64,000 bases of DNA, from positions 1 through 64,000 of the IMG/VR virus record IMGVR_UViG_3300034101_003479; one strand, 5' to 3'. Under the pieces are notes generated by a model. That model made no database searches, was not told where the DNA came from, and was given only the letters and a program-made list of their open reading frames with translations. The position numbers and the translations under genes are program-made. The DNA comes from a virus. This document shows, piece after piece, positions 8,719-17,557 of the stretch; positions within the stretch are counted from its first letter, which is position 1, and every line of letters begins with the position of its first letter.

Positions 8719-8733
8719 AAAGTTTATTATACT

Positions 8734-9300
8734 CTAAATCTCTATTATTGTAAATGGTGGTCTAACCGACATATTAAATTTTGCTGCTGCATCTAGAGCC
8801 ATTCTAACACGCTTTCTAGGAGTTTTAATTGCTGTAGTAGAAAAAAGCGATCCAAGAGCTAGCTCTTGTCCAGCACCTTCAGCCATGTATTGAACATCAG
8901 CCTCTCCAACGTGAAAGTCAGAGTCCATTGTAAATATTCTTCCAGCGCCTTGTACGGCTATTATAAATATACCACCAGCATCGCCATCATCTGTTCCTGT
9001 ACCAAAACTTCCATATCCTTGTTCTTTAAATGCATCTTTGATAGACTCAATAAACTTTGTTCTGATGAACTTATCTAGGTTTCTGTATCCCGTTGTTGGT
9101 TTGTATACAGGTGGGGTCCAGTTGTATTGTAATATCTGACCCATTCTAAAACTATCAACAAACGCTATACCAAACTGACCAACTTTAAATACTTTTGGAT
9201 CAGTTCTTTGAAATATCAATCCGCTTTTATCGTCTGAGGCAGCAGCATCTCCGCCAAGGAGTACTTTGTTTTCATGAATTAGGGCTACTACACAGGTCAT
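8734..9300 (-). CDS. HslV/proteasome-beta-like Ntn protease
   Basis: N-terminal M-T-C, GGD, KVF, GAG...ALGSL motifs. Confidence 0.8.
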   Translation of the reverse strand: MTCVVALIHENKVLLGGDAAASDDKSGLIFQRTDPKVFKVGQFGIAFVDSFRMGQILQYNWTPPVYKPTTGYRNLDKFIRTKFIESIKDAFKEQGYGSFGTGTDDGDAGGIFIIAVQGAGRIFTMDSDFHVGEADVQYMAEGAGQELALGSLFSTTAIKTPRKRVRMALDAAAKFNMSVRPPFTIIEI

Positions 9301-9337
9301 AAGATAAGTATACTATTTTTAAATTATATAGGCAACC

Positions 9338-9640
9338 TTATTTTTCATCAAAATCAAAGCCATTTAGCTCTCTAAGGGCATTTTCGAGCTCTGACTTAAT
9401 TAAAATTAACTCCTCAATTGTTTTATAATATTTATCTTTCCAGTCAGTCAATTCTTTTTCTAATTGATATAGCTCAATTTTTAAATCTTTAAGCTCTATT
9501 TTTAATAAGTCTTGCTCACGCTCTTTTTGTCTATTTTTCTCTCTCTTGCTCTCGCTCAGACCAGCAATAATTGCCGTCCCCATGCCAGACAATAGAGCAG
9601 CAGATATTGCAATAATTATAGTAGTCAGATCTAGATTCAT
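9338..9640 (-). CDS. membrane-anchored coiled-coil protein
   Basis: N-terminal TM followed by a heptad-rich helix. Confidence 0.7.
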   Translation of the reverse strand: MNLDLTTIIIAISAALLSGMGTAIIAGLSESKREKNRQKEREQDLLKIELKDLKIELYQLEKELTDWKDKYYKTIEELILIKSELENALRELNGFDFDEK

Positions 9641-9669
9641 TATACATTAATTATACCGTATTACATATA

Positions 9670-9906
9670 CTAAATTAATAATTCAGAAGCGGTAATCTCT
9701 AGTCCAACATACTTCTTTTTTAAAACAAAATCTTTTACTGCGTCTGACCCTAGCTGTCTGCCAGCCAATATGATCAGCCATCTTGGCTCAAATTTAGAAG
9801 ATATGCAGCTTTCGCACATCAATAAGTTGATAGGCACTAGAACCGACTTCTTAAGACTTAGCTTATTTTTTGTTTTATTGCATGAATAGCATAATACTTT
9901 ATCCAC
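9670..9906 (-). CDS. putative zinc-binding protein
   Basis: CYSC...CESC. Confidence 0.7.
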   Translation of the reverse strand: MDKVLCYSCNKTKNKLSLKKSVLVPINLLMCESCISSKFEPRWLIILAGRQLGSDAVKDFVLKKKYVGLEITASELLI

Positions 9907-9910
9907 TTGT

Positions 9911-10123
9911 TTACTCCTCTATGTGTGTAAAAACAATTTCATCCATAATTGAAAACTCAGAATTATCTATCATTTCTTCATGTTCAACTTCATCTTTAAT
10001 ATATTTTACTAAAGATGCGTATGCTCCAAGCTTTTCTGTTGATCCGTAGCACCCCAAATCATGAATAAAGACTATCATGACTCTGTCATAATACTCTCGC
10101 ACTAGGAACCCCTTCCAGCTCAC
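9911..10123 (-). CDS. hypothetical protein
   Basis: ORF track; true start probably internal. Confidence 0.6.
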   Translation of the reverse strand: MSWKGFLVREYYDRVMIVFIHDLGCYGSTEKLGAYASLVKYIKDEVEHEEMIDNSEFSIMDEIVFTHIEE

Positions 10124-10403
10124 ATCTTACTCCATATGATTCTAGCAACTTTTTAACTTTAGTTACATATTCAATCAACATTTCTTTTTCTAAGCCTTGG
10201 TATTGTATAAAGTTATCTTCATATAATCTTATTGCTAAAAATTCTGGATACTTAACTATATCCATTTGTAAGTTGTGCACTGGGCGCTTAATCCCTCTTA
10301 ATGCTTTTGCCATATCCTGTGTGTAAAAAACTGGTTTGTTAGGCTCCCCAGTCCATTGATTAATTCCATATTTAAAATGATCTTTATTTTTATCAATGTA
10401 CAT
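10086..10403 (-). CDS. hypothetical protein
   Basis: ORF track; operon packing. Confidence 0.7.
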   Translation of the reverse strand: MYIDKNKDHFKYGINQWTGEPNKPVFYTQDMAKALRGIKRPVHNLQMDIVKYPEFLAIRLYEDNFIQYQGLEKEMLIEYVTKVKKLLESYGVRCELEGVPSARVL

Positions 10404-10704
10404 TCTTTGCCTTCAATCTTTTCCAAACTTCTTTTGTCTTGTGTATATTTCTAGGTTTGTCTATGGACCCAGAATTTAAATAGACGCCACCCCAAACTCC
10501 ATGCTCATTATTTTTTACACCAGACTGGTAACACATTTGTATGACTGGGCAGGATAGGCATGCCTCATCTATGTTTTGTGCTATCTTTTCATCAATTTCA
10601 TATTTTTCGTAAAATAAGTTTGTATTCATTCCACGACATATAGCAAGATGCCACCAATCAAAATCATCTTCATCAATGCCTAAACTATTTAAGATACTTG
10701 ACAT
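10393..10704 (-). CDS. whiB: WhiB-family Fe-S transcription factor
   Basis: Four Cys (AIC...CLSCPVIQMC) and GVWGG; start placed at ATG 10704 (track gives 10737). Confidence 0.93.
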   Translation of the reverse strand: MSSILNSLGIDEDDFDWWHLAICRGMNTNLFYEKYEIDEKIAQNIDEACLSCPVIQMCYQSGVKNNEHGVWGGVYLNSGSIDKPRNIHKTKEVWKRLKAKNVH

Positions 10705-10918
10705 ATTTTTTTGGCAACCTCCAAGATCCATTTTCATTTAGGATAAACGTTTTAAATGTACCCCAACTGTCTTTATGATACATTCCATTTACATTAAAGT
10801 ACCCAGAGGCATCTTTTTCCCACACAATTAAATCATAATTATTCCAGAATGAATCCTGCAATAAATTATTATATCTTTTAATAAAGATTTCTACTCCAAT
10901 TGTGTTTAAATGTAGCAT
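10685..10918 (-). CDS. hypothetical protein
   Basis: ORF track; TAATG coupling. Confidence 0.7.
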   Translation of the reverse strand: MLHLNTIGVEIFIKRYNNLLQDSFWNNYDLIVWEKDASGYFNVNGMYHKDSWGTFKTFILNENGSWRLPKKYVKYLK

Positions 10919-11499
10919 TACTTCCTGCTTGCCATCTTTACTTGATCCATAATTCTTTTTCTAAATTCTACATCAATATCATCTAGATCAGAGTGCTCTA
11001 GGTGGCAAAATATCATATCGCAAACATCATCTTCTTTAAACTCTACTGGTTTTCTTGAATGAACCTGATGGGTGCCAGAGAATGTTAAAGCTTGATTATC
11101 CTTTAAGGAATATTCTTTGCCATTAACTATTATAGGCCAGTCTAATGTTGATTTCATTTGTATATCAAAAGTCAACATTGGCTTTGTAAACACCGAATCT
11201 ATGTGGAAATCTAGATTTGGCGCTATATGAGAACTTGTGTCATACCGTGCAAATTGAATTCCCAAGATATTGATTCTTTTGCCGTACTCTTTCTCGACAG
11301 CATCCTCAATAGTATTGTATATATCTTCTGCACCACTAGATCTTGAATCAAATTCTTTAATATAAAATACAGTTTGTCCCCATGGATTTTGATTCTTAAT
11401 CTTGTCTTTTGGACAATTTTCTACAGACTTATATATTCTATCTATTTGATCTTGTGTAAAAATATTATCGATAATTTTATTCTCTATGTCTGGATTCAT
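10918..11499 (-). CDS. 2OG-Fe(II) oxygenase-like protein
   Basis: HID and distal HSR motifs; paralogue of 3959..4546. Confidence 0.7.
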   Translation of the reverse strand: MNPDIENKIIDNIFTQDQIDRIYKSVENCPKDKIKNQNPWGQTVFYIKEFDSRSSGAEDIYNTIEDAVEKEYGKRINILGIQFARYDTSSHIAPNLDFHIDSVFTKPMLTFDIQMKSTLDWPIIVNGKEYSLKDNQALTFSGTHQVHSRKPVEFKEDDVCDMIFCHLEHSDLDDIDVEFRKRIMDQVKMASRK

Positions 11500-12200
11500 T
11501 AGTATTGCCTCAAGTGTGAGGAGTCCTCCCCTTCATTAACCCATAAATTCTTAGAAGCCTCAGAATTATATTCTAAGTTTGGAACTTCCATTCCAATATC
11601 AAAAGTGTACCAAGTGGGTAAAGTAAATCTTAAACCTGAATCTACATTTTTAACATAATGTAGATAAGAATTGTTTGCTGGGAACAGTACCATGTCGCCA
11701 GCTTTTGGCTTTATTTCTAAATCGTAATCAGGCCAGCCGATTTCTCCGCCCACATAGTTATCATTTGGGTAGATTAGAGCAGTAATGTTTAATTTAAAAT
11801 AGTTTGATTTTATAAGTGGAGATCCGTCTGGATACTGGCAATCTGAGTGTAGTCCACTTGACATTTCTGGTTGCCACTTAACAATATGGAATGGGTTCCA
11901 TGGCATTCTCTTTACCTTAATTCCATACTTTTTAGAATAGTTTTCCTGTATTAACTCATAAACCTTATCCGCACATCTTTGCATGATATTAAACAGTTCA
12001 ACATTTTCTTCGTATATCTTTTTACCTGTAAGGGTCTTACCGCCAGAAAATTCTGGGTCATCTTTGTAGAGCTCTACATATGACATTATGGTGTCAATCT
12101 CATCTTGTGTTATGAAATTGTTTACATGTATAATGTTGTCTTTTGACTTTCCTATTTTGTCAAAAAAGTTTTGATAATAACTCCATATCTCATCGTACAT
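11499..12200 (-). CDS. 2OG-Fe(II) oxygenase, prolyl-4-hydroxylase-like
   Basis: HSD, YPNDNYVGGEI, KPKAGDMVLFP, HYV...G.RFT; start ATG 12200 (track gives 12257). Confidence 0.88.
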   Translation of the reverse strand: MYDEIWSYYQNFFDKIGKSKDNIIHVNNFITQDEIDTIMSYVELYKDDPEFSGGKTLTGKKIYEENVELFNIMQRCADKVYELIQENYSKKYGIKVKRMPWNPFHIVKWQPEMSSGLHSDCQYPDGSPLIKSNYFKLNITALIYPNDNYVGGEIGWPDYDLEIKPKAGDMVLFPANNSYLHYVKNVDSGLRFTLPTWYTFDIGMEVPNLEYNSEASKNLWVNEGEDSSHLRQY

Positions 12201-12924
12201 TTTTTTCGATCTCCTTTTTAAAAGAATTAAAAATATGCTCTTGGTCCATATTTCCAATCATATAGAAAAACCCATCAAAGTTGTGCTTGTTTAAAAAATT
12301 GTTTGTTCTTGGATCCCAAGATGTCCAACATAAATCTATTCCTGCAGCTTTACAATATTGTTCTAGCGTAAAAATTGACTGTATATACTTTAAAGCCAAT
12401 AGCTTTGGAGAAACATCATGAGGGTAAGCCATCAGGTTATGTTCTATGCCACCATCTTCTTTTCTATACATCTTGGGCTTAAAACCCTTAGCTTCTGGCC
12501 ACCAGCCGTAAGCCCTAATCATCTCTGGCATCAGCACGAATATCTTTGATGGCTTTCCGTATGAGTTAATATATTTTAAAATGTTATATATTATTCTATT
12601 AGAGTCAGCTCCTGGGTAGGATAGGTTTACAAACTTAGACTTATCTTTATAGAACTCGTTATGTATTCTGTAGGCCCACCCATTTTCATACTTAACGTCT
12701 ATTGGTATAGTAACCTCGCAACCAGCAAAAACAATATTGTTCTCTGGGTCTGCAACTGGTGAGAAATCGTCACACCTTAATCCAACATTATTTAATTTAT
12801 AATTAATGTCTTCTGTTTCTTCCCATGGATTTTGATAATCAAATAGTTTTTCAACTTTATTTGAAAACCAAGAATAGAAAGACGGACTAATGTCTTCTAT
12901 TTCATTAAAATATTGTGGTTCCAA
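12190..12924 (-). CDS. SGNH-like protein, degenerate active site
   Basis: LNNVGLRCDDF and FAGCEVT (Ser replaced by Glu); paralogue of 4629 and 18877. Confidence 0.55.
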   Translation of the reverse strand: MEPQYFNEIEDISPSFYSWFSNKVEKLFDYQNPWEETEDINYKLNNVGLRCDDFSPVADPENNIVFAGCEVTIPIDVKYENGWAYRIHNEFYKDKSKFVNLSYPGADSNRIIYNILKYINSYGKPSKIFVLMPEMIRAYGWWPEAKGFKPKMYRKEDGGIEHNLMAYPHDVSPKLLALKYIQSIFTLEQYCKAAGIDLCWTSWDPRTNNFLNKHNFDGFFYMIGNMDQEHIFNSFKKEIEKNVR

Positions 12925-12961
12925 TTTTACCTAATCTGTTAGTGTTAAGCCTTAATATACA

Positions 12962-12991
12962 ATTATACAGTAATTTAAAATAGATTGTCAA
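12962..12991 (-). promoter_or_regulatory. sigma70-type promoter
   Basis: TTGACA-N18-TATAAT. Confidence 0.7.
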
Positions 12992-12997
12992 CTGTTT

Positions 12998-13225
12998 TTA
13001 TGGTTTATTTTTAGGTATTAATGTTTGAGGTCCATCTGTTCCAAACAAAGACTTTTTTACTGGGACGCAGTTAGGAACTCTTCTTCCGTTTTTGTCTTTC
13101 ATTCCTACCTGTTTATATCCAGCCCAGCAAGCTTTTTCTACATTGTCCCATTTATCTTCTTCCTCATTTTCTGAGTCGTAGGATTTTGAAATTTCTTCGT
13201 CTGATAGGTTATATAAATTATCCAT
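12998..13225 (-). CDS. small protein with CWxGY...VPNCV motif
   Basis: KACWAGYKQVGMKDKNGRRVPNCVPV, a motif recurrent in phage proteins. Confidence 0.7.
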   Translation of the reverse strand: MDNLYNLSDEEISKSYDSENEEEDKWDNVEKACWAGYKQVGMKDKNGRRVPNCVPVKKSLFGTDGPQTLIPKNKP

Positions 13226-13227
13226 TT

Positions 13228-13812
13228 TTAGTCTTTAATTGCTTGTCCACATGATGAACATGTTTTTGGCTTTTTTGCTTTAGCAGGAGTTTCTGTTTTT
13301 GTTTTTCCAGATGCACCAAACTTAGGTCTTCCAAAACCTACAATAGAAATCATTACGCCAGCTTTATTCTTTTTGTAGGCACGAAGTTGTTTGCAAACTT
13401 CTCCGCCATTTCTTTGGCTTCCAGATTTCTTTGAAGAAGTGTTTCCTTCAATACACCAAACAGTTCCGTCTTCGTTGTCTTTAACAACAATTCCTACATG
13501 AGAAATTCTATCGACGCCATCTGATGGGAAATCAAAATAGGCAATATCTCCTGGCTCTGGATCTGCAATATCTCCATCAACCCATGCCCCAGCCTTTTTA
13601 AAGGCTGCTGCTCCGCCTGGAGTATAAACAGTGTTTGGAATCTTTACTCCAGCTTCATTTCCGCACCAGTTAACAAAACTTCCGCACCATGGTTGAAAGT
13701 TAGCTTTTGTGTAAGCGCCGTACTTTGTTTCGTTATCCTTTGGACCCTCAATAGTTCCTAATTCTGCTGTAGCAACTTCAATCAAACGTGCTGCTGTACC
13801 TTGCTCTGCCAT
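13228..13812 (-). CDS. CHAP-domain endolysin / peptidoglycan hydrolase
   Basis: PWCGSFVNW, PGDIAYF, SHVGIV, IEGNT; start ATG 13812. Confidence 0.92.
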   Translation of the reverse strand: MAEQGTAARLIEVATAELGTIEGPKDNETKYGAYTKANFQPWCGSFVNWCGNEAGVKIPNTVYTPGGAAAFKKAGAWVDGDIADPEPGDIAYFDFPSDGVDRISHVGIVVKDNEDGTVWCIEGNTSSKKSGSQRNGGEVCKQLRAYKKNKAGVMISIVGFGRPKFGASGKTKTETPAKAKKPKTCSSCGQAIKD

Positions 13813-14222
13813 TAGTCTTTGTCCCAATTTGTGTCAACTGGCTGCTCTGATGGCATCTGTCCATCTGGCTTTGCTGCAAGACGTGCTGCTGTAGCATCGA
13901 TCTCTGCCTCTAACTTCTTATCAGCCTGTGTGTTCTTAGCATCCATTTCTTTGTTTTGAAGCTGTGCTGCCATAATATCTTTAGCGCCTGAATTACCAAT
14001 AAGAATTCCTGCAAGTGTGCCTGTAATAAATGTTGCAATACTTCCTAGAACATTAAAAAACATTTTGTCGTTTTCTGACTGTGCTCCTATTGGTTGAGTT
14101 ACAAATAATAATCCGTAAATAATTCCAATTGCTGTTAGAAATAAAATGCTTCCAAGAGTTATTCCTAGAATAAACTTTAATCGAGCATCTAAGTCTGCAG
14201 GCGTTAATCTTTCTTTAGCCAT
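13812..14222 (-). CDS. two-TM membrane protein, holin-like
   Basis: Two hydrophobic helices, charged tail, TAATG-coupled to the endolysin. Confidence 0.6.
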   Translation of the reverse strand: MAKERLTPADLDARLKFILGITLGSILFLTAIGIIYGLLFVTQPIGAQSENDKMFFNVLGSIATFITGTLAGILIGNSGAKDIMAAQLQNKEMDAKNTQADKKLEAEIDATAARLAAKPDGQMPSEQPVDTNWDKD

Positions 14223-14430
14223 TTGTTATTTCCTGTTCTGGTGTAGTAGGTGTAATTTTTATTACATCCTTTGTGCAAGTCTGTGAGGCCTCACAGACTG
14301 GTGGATTACATTCTGAGTTTTTCCAGTTTGCTGGATCTTGGCATGGGTATCTATAATGCCCACTATATCCACACGAACTCAATAATACCATTAATAGCCC
14401 AGATAGGGCAATAGCGATTGACTTATTCAT
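14215..14430 (-). CDS. small Cys-rich lipoprotein
   Basis: Lipobox LSSC plus four more Cys. Confidence 0.75.
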   Translation of the reverse strand: MNKSIAIALSGLLMVLLSSCGYSGHYRYPCQDPANWKNSECNPPVCEASQTCTKDVIKITPTTPEQEITNG

Positions 14431-14444
14431 ATCCCTATTATACC

Positions 14445-14627
14445 CTACTCTGAATCCTTATTTCTGATTGGGCTAGTTGCTACCCATAAAGCAGTCGTGG
14501 CTATAATTCCATATCCAACAATAGTCTTTGCACTTCCGTCCAGAACTACCCAAGCAATAAACATTCCAAGAAGGGTCCATGCTTGGTCAACCATATCTTT
14601 TAGGATATTCTTTATTATTCTTACCAT
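14445..14627 (-). CDS. small two-TM membrane protein
   Basis: Two hydrophobic segments; overlaps the stop of the large surface protein. Confidence 0.75.
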   Translation of the reverse strand: MVRIIKNILKDMVDQAWTLLGMFIAWVVLDGSAKTIVGYGIIATTALWVATSPIRNKDSE

Positions 14628-17161
14628 TTTCTTCCTCCTCGTGAACCTGGTGAATTAGCTCCTGATGAGCCTCCCCCAGAATTTCCTCCGCCTCCTGTGC
14701 CACCTCCAGTGGCTCCTCCTGTGGCAACTGCTGCTGCGTTAATTGCTGCACCTGCTGCGACAACTGTTGCTACAACCATTTCTGTTGCCTCTTCTCTTTC
14801 TTCATCTGACATATCGGCGCCTATATTGCTTAGTGCTTCAATAGCCGCTCCAGGGTCTGAAAATGCTGTTGATAATAACTCTGCAGGATTTTCAAGCAAT
14901 ACCAAAGATGCTGCTACCTCTGCTGTAATAACAACTTCGTTACCATTTTCATCCTGCCTTACTTCAACTGGAGTAGATGCAGGTAAGTCTTTATATTCAA
15001 TTCCAGCTTCTTGAATTTGTTCTTTAGTTAAAGATTCTCCAGGAACAATAGACTCTACGAGTGCATCTGCTATCAATTCCTTTTCTGAATTAGTTAATTT
15101 TCCATCTTCAGATAAAGCATCTGCAAGGTTTTGAACTTCTTCTGCAGTTACTTCACCATCACTTGCTAATTCATTTAAAATATCTTCTGCTTCCTCTGTA
15201 TCTATTTTACCATCAGATATTGCGTCATCAACAGATTCTTCTACTGCTTCTTCTGATCCCGTCACAGGCTCTGTGTCAATTGGTTCTGTCTCCACAGGCT
15301 CTGTGTCAATTGGTTCTGTCTCCACAGGCTCTGTGTCAATTGGTTCTGTCTCCACAGGCTCTGTGTCAATTGGTTCTGTCTCCACAGGCTCTGTGTCAAT
15401 TGGTTCTGTCTCCACAGGCTCTGTGTCAATTGGTTCTGTCTCCACAGGTGTGGTATCAACTGGTGTGGTAGTTACTGGTGTAGTGTCTACAGGTGGCACG
15501 ACTACTGGTGTAGTGTCTACAGGTGGCACGACTACTGGTGGTTCAACTGGTGCAGGTGGAGTAGGGGCTGGCAAGGGCGCTGGTGCAGGAACTGCATCAA
15601 TTACTGTTTGTGCTGCTGCTACTATTGTAGGTGCAGTAGTTACTTTTTCTACGGCTGTAGAAACAATTGCAAGGTCTGCCACCTTTTCAGTTAATGTTGT
15701 GCTTGCTGCTGCTAATGCCGTTACAGTATTTTGTGAAACAGTTGCAATAGGTGCAATAACTGTATTTGTATTTGCTGTATTTGTTGCAACAATAGCAGTA
15801 ACTGCTGAGTTTAATGTAGCAATTTGTGCATTTGCTGTATCAATTGCTGCCAAGACTGCTGCATTGTCTGGATCAGGGGTAGGAGTAAATGCAGCGCCTT
15901 GACTAATTGTTCCAGTAAATCCCGTAGTAGTACTTGTATTACTAATATTTGTTACGGGACCATTTGTAGTCTCTCTTACGTTAAATCTAGCACCATTTGG
16001 GATTGGTCCAGTCACGCTTACATCTGCTTGCCAGGCACCATCTGAAGGATTAACATCCGCATTAAATCTAACTTGAGTCATTTGTGTTTCTGCTGTCTGC
16101 AAAGGATAAACTCTAAGATCCCAAGCAACGCTAAGGGTGTTTGTAGTTGTTGAATATGTAATTCCAGATCCATTACTCCAGGTAGTCCAGTCATATCCTG
16201 CTATAGAAATAGAAGGCGCATTTGGAGTAGAATAATAGTTTGCACCTTCATTTACACCAAATGTAATAGTGGCATTGGACCCGACGTAAACATTATTGTA
16301 TGTGACTCCGCCCATCTGTAAATTAAATGGAAGGTTCATTCGAACACCAGCGTCATCTACATTAGATAAAACGTTTGTGGTAGTGCCAATGGTTGCCGCT
16401 AGAGCATTGACTGCATCTTGAGCGTTATTAATTGCTACGTTTGCTTGAGTTAATTGTGTTTGAGCCTCTGTCCGTGCAGGTGTTACTGCTGCCACTGCCG
16501 TAGTTGCTGTAGCAACTGTTGTAGTGGCCGTATCTATTGCTGTTTGTGCTGATTGAACTAAAACTGTGGCCGTTTCTGATTGGGCAACTTCTGTTGCAAT
16601 TGCTGTGGCTACTTGTGCAACTGTGGTTGGGGTCTCTGTCATTAATGGAGTTGCTGTTGCTATCACAGTGGCTACTGCAGAATCTACAGTAGTAACGGCT
16701 TGCGTTATTACTGCTTGTGCCGCTACAACCTCTGGTGTTTGGGTTGTGGCTGTTGCTGGTATTGCGGCTACAGCCTGTGTAACTGCTGTTACCGTTGAAG
16801 TAATTGTTTGAACAACTGTTGTTGCAGTTTCTACTGCTGAAGATACATTTGATACTTCTGCTACCGCCGTAGTTGCTGCTGCTACGGCCGTAGTTGCTGC
16901 TGCTACGGCAGCGTTAGACGCTGTTACTGATTCAACTGCAGTGGCTATGGTTACTGTTGCTGTATCTGATGCTGCTGCAGCTTGTGCAACTTCTGTAGTT
17001 GCTGTTGCAATTGCTGTGTTAACTGCTTGCTGTGCAGGGCTTACTACAACTTGCTCTGCAGGTGCTGGTGGCTCATTAGCATTAGCAAAATTAGGACTAA
17101 AAAGGAAAAGCCAGCCGATTATAAAAAGGCTGGTTAAAAAATACTGTAGCTTTCTAGTCAA
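14621..17161 (-). CDS. large secreted mucin-like surface protein
   Basis: Signal peptide; Ala/Thr/Val stalk; NIDO-like core (DD..LPF...YVGSNATITFG); Pro/Thr/Glu repeats; acidic DGxxxxEE-like repeats; C-terminal hydrophobic and Gly-rich tail. Confidence 0.8.
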   Translation of the reverse strand: MTRKLQYFLTSLFIIGWLFLFSPNFANANEPPAPAEQVVVSPAQQAVNTAIATATTEVAQAAAASDTATVTIATAVESVTASNAAVAAATTAVAAATTAVAEVSNVSSAVETATTVVQTITSTVTAVTQAVAAIPATATTQTPEVVAAQAVITQAVTTVDSAVATVIATATPLMTETPTTVAQVATAIATEVAQSETATVLVQSAQTAIDTATTTVATATTAVAAVTPARTEAQTQLTQANVAINNAQDAVNALAATIGTTTNVLSNVDDAGVRMNLPFNLQMGGVTYNNVYVGSNATITFGVNEGANYYSTPNAPSISIAGYDWTTWSNGSGITYSTTTNTLSVAWDLRVYPLQTAETQMTQVRFNADVNPSDGAWQADVSVTGPIPNGARFNVRETTNGPVTNISNTSTTTGFTGTISQGAAFTPTPDPDNAAVLAAIDTANAQIATLNSAVTAIVATNTANTNTVIAPIATVSQNTVTALAAASTTLTEKVADLAIVSTAVEKVTTAPTIVAAAQTVIDAVPAPAPLPAPTPPAPVEPPVVVPPVDTTPVVVPPVDTTPVTTTPVDTTPVETEPIDTEPVETEPIDTEPVETEPIDTEPVETEPIDTEPVETEPIDTEPVETEPIDTEPVTGSEEAVEESVDDAISDGKIDTEEAEDILNELASDGEVTAEEVQNLADALSEDGKLTNSEKELIADALVESIVPGESLTKEQIQEAGIEYKDLPASTPVEVRQDENGNEVVITAEVAASLVLLENPAELLSTAFSDPGAAIEALSNIGADMSDEEREEATEMVVATVVAAGAAINAAAVATGGATGGGTGGGGNSGGGSSGANSPGSRGGRKW
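15263..15448. repeat. perfect 30-bp tandem repeat x6
   Basis: CACAGGCTCTGTGTCAATTGGTTCTGTCTC six times; encodes ETEPIDTEPV. Confidence 0.97.
15474..15540. repeat. 30-bp tandem repeat x2.2
   Basis: ACTGGTGTAGTGTCTACAGGTGGCACGACT; encodes VVVPPVDTTP. Confidence 0.9.
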
Positions 17162-17229
17162 CTAGGTATCTCCTAAGTAATGCAATATTTTTGCTTACTT
17201 AGTAATTATAGCAGATGTGTTAGTTTAAA

Positions 17230-17409
17230 TTACTTAGAATCTGTTTTGTAAAATCCATTACCTTTAAATTGTATACCAAAGGAGTGATAGACCTTGTTCA
17301 TCTTATATCCACATTTTTCACAAATTTCTACAGAATCTGACTCTGCAATTGGTCTGTTTACTTCTTTAGTAGAGTCACACTCTATGCATGAGTATTCATA
17401 TGTTGGCAT
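17230..17409 (-). CDS. FmdB-family zinc-ribbon protein (59 aa)
   Basis: Read manually: MPTYEYSCIEC...CEKCG...IQFKGNGFYKTD; AAGGA RBS. Confidence 0.88.
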   Translation of the reverse strand: MPTYEYSCIECDSTKEVNRPIAESDSVEICEKCGYKMNKVYHSFGIQFKGNGFYKTDSK

Positions 17410-17425
17410 CTTTAATCCTTTGTTA

Positions 17426-17544
17426 GAGAGCAGTTTTTTACAGTCATGCTCAGGACTATACCAGTTATTTATAGTCGCTGTCTCCCCCGACTATCCTGGG
17501 CGTCGATGCCCGAATCTGCGACTCCCCAGTGACGGGGTGCAGAT
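17426..17544 (-). ncRNA. candidate structured leader RNA (three hairpins plus H-type pseudoknot)
   Basis: GC-rich non-coding island just after a TATAAT box (17549-17554); four base-paired elements visible. Confidence 0.65.
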
Positions 17545-17557
17545 ATCTATTATACTA

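Noticed and set aside
15263-15540. 30-bp repeats as a CRISPR array
   Set aside because: No spacers; head-to-tail in-frame coding repeats
17426-17544. Leader RNA as tmRNA, tRNA, or preQ1/SAM-II riboswitch
   Set aside because: No T-loop or acceptor stem, and I could not match the conserved ligand-binding nucleotides by eye; left unassigned
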